Shown here in pieces: positions 28,186-37,026 of a stretch of 64,000 nt of DNA. The DNA is taken from contig CAZCCD010000003.1 in the NCBI GenBank assembly GCA_964497435.1, positions 53,683 through 117,682 on the forward strand. Reading direction: 5' to 3'. Below the pieces are notes generated by a model. That model made no database searches. It was not told the DNA's origin and saw nothing but the letters and a program-made list of their open reading frames with translations. The position numbers and the translations under genes were made by a program. This DNA comes from Candidatus Woesearchaeota archaeon. GTDB lineage: Archaea > Nanobdellota > Nanobdellia > Pacearchaeales > GW2011-AR1. Positions within the stretch are counted from its first letter, which is position 1; each line of letters starts with the position of its first letter.

Positions 28186-28416
28186 ATGGCAAAGAAAATG
28201 TCTAAAAGTCTTCCACCTTTGTACACCCTGTCTTGCAAGGCTATTGGATCAGGGGATTGTGGTTTTTCTGTGACAACCCATAGCCATGATGAAGCTAAGA
28301 AAGCTATGTGGGCGCACGCAAGATTTTCGCATCCTGAAAAACTCGAGGCAATGTCAGAAGAGCAAAAGCAAGGAATGGCAAAGATGATGAATGACTTATT
28401 GTCTAAGAAGAAGTAA
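28186..28416 (+). CDS. DUF1059-family small metal-binding protein
   Basis: CKAIGSGDCGFSVTTHSHDE...HARFSHPE pattern. Confidence 0.6.
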   Translation: MAKKMSKSLPPLYTLSCKAIGSGDCGFSVTTHSHDEAKKAMWAHARFSHPEKLEAMSEEQKQGMAKMMNDLLSKKK

Positions 28417-28564
28417 TTGTAGAAAAGATTCATTAGAAATTAATAAGAAAACATCAAGGAATAAATTGCTGTCTTTATGAATTGGCTATTTTTGATTTAG
28501 AATTAGGAAAGATGAGTGGTTGGAGTTGATGGATAATTTTTTATATGTGGTTTTTATTGTATTT

Positions 28565-28900
28565 ATAACATGGCGAAAAAGGATTATGCTAATTGGAGTA
28601 AAACCGAATTAGTTAAGGAACTTGATAAATTAAGCAAAAGAAAAAAGTATGGTATAGTTTGGGAAGAAGCTTTTATGTGATGAAATCTTTGGTGAAGACA
28701 ATTTTATAGAGAATATAATCTGGCGTAAAAAAGAAGGTAGTGGACAACAAGATGAGTACTTAGTTACTGAACATGAATATATCCTAGTTTATGCAAAAAA
28801 TAATAATGACTCTCAAAGAGAGCTTCCAGTGAACGAGGGGAAAAGCTTTATGAATATCTCAAAGAATATTTAAAGAAGACAAGAGATTCTCTAAAGTAAG
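28565..28900 (+). pseudogene. Remnants of an N6-adenine DNA methyltransferase (type III Mod/type II beta-class) gene
   Basis: Fragments in different frames: AKKDYANWSKTELVKELDKLSKRKKYGIVWEE (MTase N-terminus) and LFCDEIFGEDNFIENIIWRKKEGSGQQDEYLVTEHEYILVYAK (post-DPPY region). Interrupted by stops; no intact ORF. Confidence 0.6.
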
Positions 28901-28989
28901 TGGCTTGCTTTTTGTCTGAAGAGGATGGATTGGATAGGCGGGGAGAGATTTTTCTAAAGATTTATTAAATGTAAAAAGTTTATAATTTA

Positions 28990-29322
28990 ATGAATGGGAA
29001 TTTAGAGTATTTTGTGCAAAAGATTAATAGGTATTCTTCTAGTAATATAGAAATAACTGATTATTGCAGGGAAAAAATGAGCCAAAGAAATATTGAAGAG
29101 AGTTTGATTATCTCTACATTGTTCTCAAAAAATCTTCATTATGCTGAAGAACAATTAAAAAAACATAAAGGAACTGCTGAAAAGAGATATAAATTAATAT
29201 TCCCTATAAGTTCTAAGTATAATCTAATTATTATAGTCGCATTTTATCAAAAGGTTTTAAAAGTTGTGAATGTTATTAAAACTAGTAAGAAGTTGGAGAA
29301 ATTATGGAAAAAGCAGAAATAA
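28990..29322 (+). CDS. DUF4258-family protein (putative toxin of DUF4258/DUF2283 pair)
   Basis: 110 aa; overlaps the downstream DUF2283 gene by 19 nt, the typical pair arrangement. Confidence 0.5.
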   Translation: MNGNLEYFVQKINRYSSSNIEITDYCREKMSQRNIEESLIISTLFSKNLHYAEEQLKKHKGTAEKRYKLIFPISSKYNLIIIVAFYQKVLKVVNVIKTSKKLEKLWKKQK

Positions 29323-29657
29323 AGGTAATGTATGACAAAGACGAGGATATTTTGTCTTTGTTCAAGGAAAATAGGAAGGCCAAACTGAGCCAGGAGATTA
29401 ATCTACCGGATGGTGACCTAGTTGTTGATTTTTCCTCTGACGGATTAGTCGCAGGATTAGAGTTCTTCAACGCATCAAATTATTTTCCGTTTCTAAAAAA
29501 TGTGAAAGTTAATAATATTAGAGCTAAAATGAGCATAAAATATGGAGAGAATGCAATTAACATCTTTTATAATGTAATGGCTTCAGGAGAGAAAGATCTA
29601 CCTCTCAAACAGATTATAATTTCCCCATATAGTAAGAAGTTGGTGTTGGAGCATTGA
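29304..29657 (+). CDS. DUF2283-family protein (putative antitoxin partner)
   Basis: MEKAEIKVMYDKDEDILSL...DGDLVVDFSSDGLVAGLEFFNAS matches the DUF2283 pattern (MKIxYDxEADxLYI...GxIVGIEIxxAS). Confidence 0.6.
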   Translation: MEKAEIKVMYDKDEDILSLFKENRKAKLSQEINLPDGDLVVDFSSDGLVAGLEFFNASNYFPFLKNVKVNNIRAKMSIKYGENAINIFYNVMASGEKDLPLKQIIISPYSKKLVLEH

Positions 29658-29702
29658 TTAGCAAGATTTCTGGTTTGAAGAGGAGGATTGGTGGTGATGG
29701 GT

Positions 29703-30470
29703 TTAAATTAAACTATAATTTCCTTTTCCACTAAATTTTAACAATCCTTTGTCTCTTAATATTTGCAGTTGCTGTCTAATTTTTGCTTTAACATGGCTAT
29801 TCTTTGGATGAAGTTTTGACAATTCAACCTCATGTTTGTAAACATCTTGTAGATTAAATCGTCTCTTGTTTAATGAATGGATAGTATTTAGGATGTCACA
29901 TGTCCAACCCCTATCGTTTAAAGGTAATTTCCTCATAAAATTAATTTGCTTCCATTGCGACAATATTTTTTCTTTTTTAATTATATCTCCCTCTTCTATC
30001 ATGATTATCTTCCCTTCTGGTGGAATTTTGTTAATCAAAATGTTACATCCTACCCATCCAGCTCTTTTAGCGTTTTCTGAAAGAGGCTTCCTTTTCTCAA
30101 TAATTGATTCAGTAAAGAAGAAAAAAGGAATTAAATATAAATTTTTAACTAAATAATCTAAAGTGTACTGTAATAAAAAGAAGTTTGGTCTAAAATTATT
30201 TTTTATAGACTCAATCATTACTTTGTGAGCCCCATCATTTATTTTCTTTCCAAAATTATTTTTTTGGCTTTTTAATTGAAACTTTTCTTCACATCTTGGA
30301 CAGAAAAAATCATCGATAGGGTTGTTATTTGGAAAAGCTAAAATTTTCCTATTTGAACAATTTGGACAAAATATGTTTTTTCCCACCCACTTTTCTGTTA
30401 TAACCCTAACCCTCTGACTATTACTCTTGTACTTTTGAAACACTTCATTTTCAAAAATAGATAAATTCAT
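29703..30470 (-). CDS. DpnI-family methyl-directed (G-m6A-TC) type IIM restriction endonuclease
   Basis: YKSNSQRVRVITEKW, CPNCSN...FFCPRCEEKFQLKSQKNNF, INDGAH, RPNFFLLQYT, RKPLSENAKRAGWVGCNI, RGWTCDILNTI, and C-terminal wH KIRQQLQILRDKGLLKFSGKGNY. These closely parallel S. pneumoniae DpnI as recalled from memory. Confidence 0.7.
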   Translation of the reverse strand: MNLSIFENEVFQKYKSNSQRVRVITEKWVGKNIFCPNCSNRKILAFPNNNPIDDFFCPRCEEKFQLKSQKNNFGKKINDGAHKVMIESIKNNFRPNFFLLQYTLDYLVKNLYLIPFFFFTESIIEKRKPLSENAKRAGWVGCNILINKIPPEGKIIMIEEGDIIKKEKILSQWKQINFMRKLPLNDRGWTCDILNTIHSLNKRRFNLQDVYKHEVELSKLHPKNSHVKAKIRQQLQILRDKGLLKFSGKGNYSLI

Positions 30471-30547
30471 AGGACATATAGATTATTATTATTCATAAAT
30501 CTTTTGTTGATGATCATCTTTAAATATACTTATCGATTAATAAAAAT

Positions 30548-30865
30548 ATGAAAATAACTCAATTTACTATCCAGAGAACATTTTTTGTGCAACATAATGG
30601 AAAAATTTATTACGTGGATTATCTTAATTCAGATGGTCATATTCTTGGTTTATTAAATAGAAATAATTGGGAAATCTACAACGAAGATTCTAATGAGCTA
30701 AATATTTATTCCTTTAAGGGCGACTCTAAGAAGAAAGAGAAGGAGACAAATGACAATAGAAAACTCTTTATTAGATTAGTCAATTTTTGCATAAAACATT
30801 TTGATAATTATCAACCCTTAAAAGAAAAGACAAAAAAAGGGGAGATAAAATTGAAGAGAGCTTGA
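30548..30865 (+). CDS. Hypothetical protein (first of a tight uncharacterised pair)
   Basis: 105 aa, no motif; stop is 1 nt from the next start. Confidence 0.45.
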   Translation: MKITQFTIQRTFFVQHNGKIYYVDYLNSDGHILGLLNRNNWEIYNEDSNELNIYSFKGDSKKKEKETNDNRKLFIRLVNFCIKHFDNYQPLKEKTKKGEIKLKRA

Positions 30866-30866
30866 A

Positions 30867-31094
30867 ATGACAACTAACATAGATACAGGGGAACAAATAC
30901 CTCCATGTAAAAATCATCTTTGGCTTTATATGAAAACATTAAAACATGAAGACGGACGAGAAGGTTATATGTTGTATTGTCCTTTTTGTTGGCAAAAGAC
31001 AATTCACATCCCTGATTTTTCAGAAGAAGAATTTGTGAAAATGGTTTTTGAAAAGTATGATAAATCAAAGATTGGGAGAAGAACAATAAAATGA
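30867..31094 (+). CDS. Hypothetical small Cys/His zinc-binding-like protein
   Basis: 75 aa; CKNH...CPFC arrangement. Confidence 0.45.
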   Translation: MTTNIDTGEQIPPCKNHLWLYMKTLKHEDGREGYMLYCPFCWQKTIHIPDFSEEEFVKMVFEKYDKSKIGRRTIK

Positions 31095-31226
31095 CCCCCA
31101 TTTAACCTTTCCCCTCTTCCCCCTCAACTCCGCCGTCTACATCCTCTACTCCCTAACTTCTGATGAGATAAAAATAGTTGAGGAGAGTCTGAAATGATGG
31201 CAAAATCCTGAATTTCCTTAACCTAT

Positions 31227-31739
31227 ATGTCTACAGAAAGTTTTATAAATAATGTAGACATATATAATCTTATGGTTTATACAGAGATTCAGGAAAGAAA
31301 TAATAAGAAGTATTTTTATAGAGTTATTTCTATCAGAAAAAGAAATAGAGTTTCAAAAAAAAGAAAATACTTAGGTGTTAACTTATCTGTAAAAGAATTA
31401 ACTAAAAAAGAAAAAAGAGCAGATGAGGAGTTTAGAGTAAAAAATGAGGATGCAAATAAAAGAGCCATAGAAAAAATAAAGCCAAGAATAATTAAAATTT
31501 TAAAGAAAAATAAGATAAAGAAGGCAGGCATATTCGGAAGTTTTGTAAAAGGAAAACTGAAAAAAAATAGTGATATTGATATTTTAATAGAACCAGCAAA
31601 GGGGATGGGTTTAGAATTTGTCGGGGTTAAATTAGAGTTAGAGGATGAACTTGGAAGAAAGGTTGATTTAGTCACTTACAAAGGGATCCATCCTTTAATT
31701 AAAAGAAAGATTTTAGAAGAAGAGATAAGAATATTATGA
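31227..31739 (+). CDS. Nucleotidyltransferase (MNT/MntA-like, Pol-beta superfamily) with basic N-terminal extension
   Basis: GIFGSFVKGKLKKNSDIDILIE reads as GxxGSxxxG...DxDxL. The 5' end lies in an 11-bp inverted repeat (atatgtctaca...tgtagacatat). Confidence 0.65.
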   Translation: MSTESFINNVDIYNLMVYTEIQERNNKKYFYRVISIRKRNRVSKKRKYLGVNLSVKELTKKEKRADEEFRVKNEDANKRAIEKIKPRIIKILKKNKIKKAGIFGSFVKGKLKKNSDIDILIEPAKGMGLEFVGVKLELEDELGRKVDLVTYKGIHPLIKRKILEEEIRIL

Positions 31740-32098
31740 AACGAGGATTAAGATTATTTATAGAAGATATATTAGAATCAATTAGATTAATAGAAAGATA
31801 CGTTAGGAATGTCTCTAAGGAGAATCTCGGCAATGACCAGAAATTAAAAGATTCTGTTGTAAGAAGATTAGAAATAATTGGAGAGGCAGTTAAAAATATT
31901 CCAGATAATTTTAGAGAAAAATATCCAAAAGTTCCTTGGAAAAAAATTGTGGGGTTAAGAGATATTATAATTCATACATATTTTAACATAGACTTCGATA
32001 TTACATGGAATATTATTAAAAAAGACCTTCCAGACCTAAAAGAAAAAATGTTGAAAATAAAAACTGAAGTAGAAGCCGAAGAAAAAAGAGGGCAGTAA
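31736..32098 (+). CDS. HEPN-domain protein (DUF86/HepT-like RNase toxin)
   Basis: RLEIIGEAVKNIP...YPKVPWKKIVGLRDIIIH Rx4-6H motif; ATGA overlap with the MNT gene. Confidence 0.7.
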   Translation: MKRGLRLFIEDILESIRLIERYVRNVSKENLGNDQKLKDSVVRRLEIIGEAVKNIPDNFREKYPKVPWKKIVGLRDIIIHTYFNIDFDITWNIIKKDLPDLKEKMLKIKTEVEAEEKRGQ

Positions 32099-32161
32099 AG
32101 AGGATTAATTCCTTTAAACCTTCCCCCAAATCCTTATAAACCATTATTTCTTCAATATTTC

Positions 32162-32575
32162 ATGGCATTAGATTTCAACGTTAATCTTCTTGCAGTCCTT
32201 ATTGCAGGAATAGCTGGCATGGTTGTTGGATGGTTATGGTATGGCCCTTTATTTGGAAAAGTCTGGATGAAACTTTCTAACATGTCTAAAAAAGACATGG
32301 ATGTTGCAAAGAAAAAAGGCATGGGAAAATTATATCTCGCTGCCTTAATAGCAACTTTAATCAGCTCTTATGTTCTTGCCTTGTTCATAGGCACTGTTGG
32401 AACAGGATTAAACTCAGCCCTATTAGTCGCTTTTTTTGTCTGGCTCGGTTTCATAGCAACAATACAATTAAGCCCTGTCTTGTGGCAGAATCAGCCTGTT
32501 TCATTGTTTATACTTAATGCTGCTTATTACCTTGTTTCTTATGAAGTAATGGCAATAATTTTGAGTTTGTGGTAA
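32162..32575 (+). CDS. DUF1761-family membrane protein
   Basis: LIAGIAGMVVGWLWYGPLFGKVW signature; 4 TM helices. Confidence 0.55.
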   Translation: MALDFNVNLLAVLIAGIAGMVVGWLWYGPLFGKVWMKLSNMSKKDMDVAKKKGMGKLYLAALIATLISSYVLALFIGTVGTGLNSALLVAFFVWLGFIATIQLSPVLWQNQPVSLFILNAAYYLVSYEVMAIILSLW

Positions 32576-32663
32576 ATCATTTAATAATCCGGCATTTGTC
32601 TTTCTATAAATTCTATTATTTTAGTTTAGTGATTAGAACTCTTCCAGCATTAATCCAGATTTC

Positions 32664-33056
32664 TTAAGCAGGAATCTTCTTTTTTTCTAAAATATAAGAT
32701 TTAGTAAGTATCCAATCAAGTTTTATAAGATTCTGAACAAAAGCATTTTCAAGATTAAGTTTATAATAATCAGACTTTCCAATTCTCCTTGTTTTTACAA
32801 CGAAACCAGATTCTATAAATTTATCGATGAATTTTTTAAGGCTGTTATAACTAACATTACTCTCCCTTGCTATTTCAGTAAGTGGAAAATCAAAAAAATG
32901 ATTCTCTATCATAAAATCAATTACTCTAAGCTGAGGAGTATCTCCAAACTGCTCCAAAAACAAAGACTTTTCTTTTTTAGTTCTCATACTATTTTTTAGA
33001 TTAACTAGTTTATAAATATTTCTATTGAAGCAAAGATATTTCTTTTTTAGAAACAT
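32664..33056 (-). CDS. Winged-helix DNA-binding protein (start possibly the internal MRTKKEK)
   Basis: QLRVIDFMIENHFFDFPLTEIARESNVSYNSLKKFIDKFIESGFVVKTRRIG is wHTH-like. Confidence 0.5.
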   Translation of the reverse strand: MFLKKKYLCFNRNIYKLVNLKNSMRTKKEKSLFLEQFGDTPQLRVIDFMIENHFFDFPLTEIARESNVSYNSLKKFIDKFIESGFVVKTRRIGKSDYYKLNLENAFVQNLIKLDWILTKSYILEKKKIPA

Positions 33057-33084
33057 TTAAAAATTATAGAAACAATACTTAGAA

Positions 33085-33348
33085 ATGTTATTAGAAGTGG
33101 AAAAGGCACAAATTCTATCCAAGCTCGCAAGAGGAAAAGGAAACTGGGGCGCAAAATATGACAGGTTGGAGCATTTCAAAAGATTTCCAAATCTCGATAG
33201 AATAATAAAGGAGTTAGCGAATAAAGGATGGATAATTATTTGCAAAAAACCAGATTATATAGGAATATCATTAAACCCAAGATACAAGAGAGAAATTATT
33301 GGATTTGTAGAGGAAAAACTACCTTATCTAAAAGGAATGATTAAATAA
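33085..33348 (+). CDS. Hypothetical small protein
   Basis: 87-aa ORF divergent from the wHTH gene. Confidence 0.35.
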   Translation: MLLEVEKAQILSKLARGKGNWGAKYDRLEHFKRFPNLDRIIKELANKGWIIICKKPDYIGISLNPRYKREIIGFVEEKLPYLKGMIK

Positions 33349-33372
33349 ATATTGATGACCTTAACTAGACAT

Positions 33373-33621
33373 TTATCTTTTCTTTTTCCTAATCAAACTC
33401 CTGCTTGTAACTACAGCAATAAAGAAAAAAGTAAATAATAAAGCATCATTTCCAGCTATTAATCCATAAAGCCCAATTGCTAAACTAATAATTATGATTA
33501 ACTTAAACCATTTTTGTCCTTGTTTAAGCTCTTCTTTTGTAACCCTAGCTAACCAATTTCCAATAGGAATTCCTAGAGTTAGGACAATCAAAGCAATTAA
33601 AAGTTTCAACACCTCATTCAT
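33373..33621 (-). CDS. Small membrane protein
   Basis: Two hydrophobic helices. Confidence 0.4.
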   Translation of the reverse strand: MNEVLKLLIALIVLTLGIPIGNWLARVTKEELKQGQKWFKLIIIISLAIGLYGLIAGNDALLFTFFFIAVVTSRSLIRKKKR

Positions 33622-33656
33622 GAATAGTTTAAGTTAGATAAGTTTTTAAATTTGTT

Positions 33657-33989
33657 CTAAGCAGATTTTAATATCTCAGAAACAGTGGATAGATACCTTT
33701 CTACATCTTTTTCATCATTATAAACCGTTAAATTAAAGTGATTAACTTTTTCTTCTCCACTAGCATGAATGTTTGAGTCTACATATGGCATAAGCCATCC
33801 TCCAACCCTAATTCGCGTATGAGTGAATCTTCTGTTGGATCTGACAGAGCCAAGTTTATAATCTGTTTCATAACAATCTCTAATATGTTGAACTCTCCAG
33901 CCAACTCTTTTCGCAGCTTCACTTAAAGCATTTTTCAAAGCCTCAGCGCTAACCTCTGTTTCCAAACTAACTTTACCCATTATAATCAC
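33657..33989 (-). CDS. Hypothetical protein
   Basis: 110-aa ORF. Confidence 0.4.
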   Translation of the reverse strand: MIIMGKVSLETEVSAEALKNALSEAAKRVGWRVQHIRDCYETDYKLGSVRSNRRFTHTRIRVGGWLMPYVDSNIHASGEEKVNHFNLTVYNDEKDVERYLSTVSEILKSA

Positions 33990-34104
33990 AGCATTCTAAA
34001 GTTTATATCTTTTTCTATTATTTCTTGCAACTATCAAGCTCCCCTCTTATAAGTATTTCTGTTAAATAAGTTAATAGGATTATATAAATTTAATTATAAT
34101 CTAA

Positions 34105-35832
34105 TCAATCTCTAAACTTTTTTATCTCTGCAATTTCCTGCAAAACTCTTAGCTCAGAACTTGATAGAAGGTCTTTGTTTTTCTTGAAATTTTTAAACTG
34201 GCTTTGGCTTATGTCAGTATAAAGGAAATTTATGTCTTTTATTTTTCTTTCAAAGTTTGTTCCTGGAATTGAAACAGCTAATTCTTGTCCCTCAATAGCT
34301 TCTTCAACTGATTTATTTTCAGACTGAAGGTTTTTAATTTTTCCAATTTTTTCTCCTGTTTCATCAATTAAATTCAGTCCTTGTTTTAATTTTCCAGCCT
34401 CAACTCTTATTCCAAAAATTGCAGGATTTGTATTCCTGAAAACATACTGATGGAGAATTCTTGCTTTTCCTATTGTTGTCAATTCCATTAATCTTTTTTT
34501 CTCAATTTCTCTCGCCTTTTCTTCTCTCCAAATTTTTAAATTATCTATTAGTTTGTAAATGACATCATCCATTATTATTTTTACATTTCCTTGCAATTCT
34601 TTTGCATCTTCATTCATTCTTACATTAAATCCTACAATCACAGAGTCTAGTTCATTAATATCTAAATTAGCTTTAGCATTAATAATATCATTTTTGTTTA
34701 TATCTCCAATTCCTGCCCTTACCACTAGAATGTTTGCCTGCCTTAAAAGAACAAGTAAAGCCTCTAAACTTCCAAGGGAATCAGCTTTTGCAATAATTCC
34801 TTGTTTGTTAATTTTGAGGGTTTCCGAAATTTCTTTTTTGAACTCTTTTTTTATTTCTTCAATATTGTCTTTAAATAATACAAAAGGCATGCCAGGTAAA
34901 ATATCTGTCTTTTCAGTTAACTGCATTCTAATTCCTGTCGCTGCCCTGACATTTTTCACAGGTCTGAATTTATCATGTAAAGGTTCTATTTCTTCCAAGA
35001 CTCTTATTTTATTTATTACTGGCTCTCCTTCGAGATTCGATATCGCAATTTTATTGTCTTTTGACAAAACACCGTCGTATAATATTGCCTCGGCATAATT
35101 ATTTGTCTTTTCTTTTTTAACTTCAAGAATTACCCCCTTTGGTTCTTTGCCTAGTTTTAATTTATCAACAAGATATTTCTGACTCAAACCACACAACATC
35201 ATTATTAATTCTGGAAGTCCTTCTTTTGTTTTTGCAGAGCAGGGAATCATGGCAACTTTTTGTGTGAAGTCTTTTATGTCCCAGAATAAATCAGCTTCAA
35301 ATCCATGACTATGCAAAGCTCCCACTAAAGTGTAGAATCTTTCATCAAAAACTTGTTTCACATTTATTGATTGTGATTCAATATTTGTTTTTAAATCATC
35401 ATTGAGTTTTCTCCATCCAGAGATATTATCTATTTTATTTAAGGCGATTAAAAAAGGAACTTTATTTATTTTTAGGATTTGTATGACTTCTGCTGTTTGA
35501 GGTTTTATTCCTTCATTAATGTCTATTACTAAAATCACCAGGTCAGCCAAGCTTCCCCCTCTTTTCCTTAAATTTGAAAAAGCCGCATGTCCTGGAGTGT
35601 CGATTAATAAGAAACCAGGAATGTTCAATTTTATTTTTTTCTTGTCTATCAAAGGACAGGCTTTTTTCAACTGGCTTATTGGATAAGATGTAAATGAAAT
35701 TTTTTGTGTTATGCCTCCAGCCTCTCCTTCTGCAATGTAAGTTCCTCGTAAAGCATCGGCTATGCTTGTCTTTCCATGATCAACATGACCTACTACAGTT
35801 ATTATTGGCTGGCGAATTTTTGTTTTTTCCAT
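34105..35832 (-). CDS. infB: Translation initiation factor aIF5B (archaeal IF2-like GTPase)
   Basis: G-domain at the extreme N-terminus RQPIITVVGHVDHGKTSIADALRG, AGGITQKI, LIDTPGH, NKID; 575 aa with no bacterial-type N-terminal extension. Confidence 0.85.
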   Translation of the reverse strand: MEKTKIRQPIITVVGHVDHGKTSIADALRGTYIAEGEAGGITQKISFTSYPISQLKKACPLIDKKKIKLNIPGFLLIDTPGHAAFSNLRKRGGSLADLVILVIDINEGIKPQTAEVIQILKINKVPFLIALNKIDNISGWRKLNDDLKTNIESQSINVKQVFDERFYTLVGALHSHGFEADLFWDIKDFTQKVAMIPCSAKTKEGLPELIMMLCGLSQKYLVDKLKLGKEPKGVILEVKKEKTNNYAEAILYDGVLSKDNKIAISNLEGEPVINKIRVLEEIEPLHDKFRPVKNVRAATGIRMQLTEKTDILPGMPFVLFKDNIEEIKKEFKKEISETLKINKQGIIAKADSLGSLEALLVLLRQANILVVRAGIGDINKNDIINAKANLDINELDSVIVGFNVRMNEDAKELQGNVKIIMDDVIYKLIDNLKIWREEKAREIEKKRLMELTTIGKARILHQYVFRNTNPAIFGIRVEAGKLKQGLNLIDETGEKIGKIKNLQSENKSVEEAIEGQELAVSIPGTNFERKIKDINFLYTDISQSQFKNFKKNKDLLSSSELRVLQEIAEIKKFRD

Positions 35833-36124
35833 AGAATTAGATGGAAAATGAAGGATTAAAAGGTTTTGGGTTCGAAGAAAATAAAATTTGTTAAGGAAGG
35901 GTGACCGAAGCCAGCAAAGTGAAATCCTAAGATATACTTATGCTGATTGCCCCACCCAATCCTCAACAATATATTAAGGTGCTTAAAATATTTATATTTT
36001 TTGAATCTTTAGTCCATATATTAATTATTCAAATTCAAAGTCATCATGATTCTTTAATTAGAAGAGTTTATTATTAAGTTTATAAATTTGAAAGATTTAA
36101 AAACATACTTTTTCTTCAAATTTT

Positions 36125-36421
36125 ATGAAACAATATTCACTCAAAGATCTCGACAAAATATATAATCTTGAAATTGAAAGAGTAGTGAAAATAATAAATG
36201 AAGCAAAAGCTAAGCTTGTTCTCCTTCAATTTGCAGATGGTTTGAAGGCTTATGCTGTCTCTATTGTTGATGAATTAAGAGAAAAAACAAATGCCGAATT
36301 TGTAATCTGGATGGGCAGTTGTTTTGGAGCCTGCGATTTTCCTGTTGGTGTTGAGCATTTAAAGCCAGAGATAGATTTGATGATTCAGTTCGGTCACAAC
36401 GAGCTGATGCCGTCATATTAG
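36125..36421 (+). pseudogene. dph2: N-terminal fragment (98 aa) of diphthamide synthesis protein Dph2
   Basis: AKLVLLQFADGLKAYA...GSCFGACDFPVGVEHLKPEIDLMIQFGHNEL matches the Dph2 N-terminus (RVxIQxPEGL...YGACD...GHS), but the ORF stops after about 98 of an expected ~340 aa. No in-frame continuation is evident. Confidence 0.5.
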
Positions 36422-36715
36422 GAATAGAGCAAATAATAAAAAATAACTGAATCACAATAATGTTTAAATAGATTTTACCCTAGTTTAAATTATGTCCTTA
36501 TCAGAAATAATACAGACAGCAGTGGTAAGTGCTGATAAACCAGTATTTTTAGCGTTGGAGTTAGATAAAATTATTAGAGAAAGGAATATAACTCCTGAAA
36601 AATTCGTCCAAGCTTCACACTCCGCAGCTAAATATTTAGATTCTAGTGGAAGAGAAAAAGAATTTTATAGTTGTGTTTTGATTTATAGACTTTAAATCCA
36701 CTACTGATTTTTTGT

Positions 36716-36994
36716 TTATTTGTTGGTATAATCTGCAAAACTATAAGTAAAAAATATATCACTGCCTTTCATCCTGAATGCCTCTCCAGAACCATAATTA
36801 TAAATAACATAATCAATTCCTTCATCTAAATCCCCCTCTGGATTTACTCTTGGACTAGAAATGCTTGGGTCATTAGTTATTGTAATTCCTACCTCTAAAT
36901 CAAATTTTCTAGCTAATGTAAAAAATTCTCCAAGTGTTCTTTCAGTCATTAAACTGCTTACCAACCTATTCTTAAGATCTACTCCTCTTCCCAT
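36716..36994 (-). CDS. Hypothetical protein
   Basis: 92-aa ORF. Confidence 0.3.
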   Translation of the reverse strand: MGRGVDLKNRLVSSLMTERTLGEFFTLARKFDLEVGITITNDPSISSPRVNPEGDLDEGIDYVIYNYGSGEAFRMKGSDIFFTYSFADYTNK

Positions 36995-37026
36995 ATAAAA
37001 AATAAATTTTGATGGTTAATAAATAT

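Noticed and set aside
28179-28433. Minus-strand ORF antisense to the DUF1059 gene
   Set aside because: The plus-strand product has the recognisable DUF1059 Cys/His pattern; the antisense ORF is featureless.
31160-31215. Possible box C/D sRNA (cUGAUGA ... CUGA ... UGAUGG ... CUGA) upstream of the MNT gene
   Set aside because: Box spacings of 22, 2 and 7 nt do not fit the roughly 12/3-9/12 nt architecture of archaeal C/D sRNAs. More likely a chance occurrence within a pyrimidine-rich spacer that also contains a CCTCAACT/AGTTGAGG inverted repeat.
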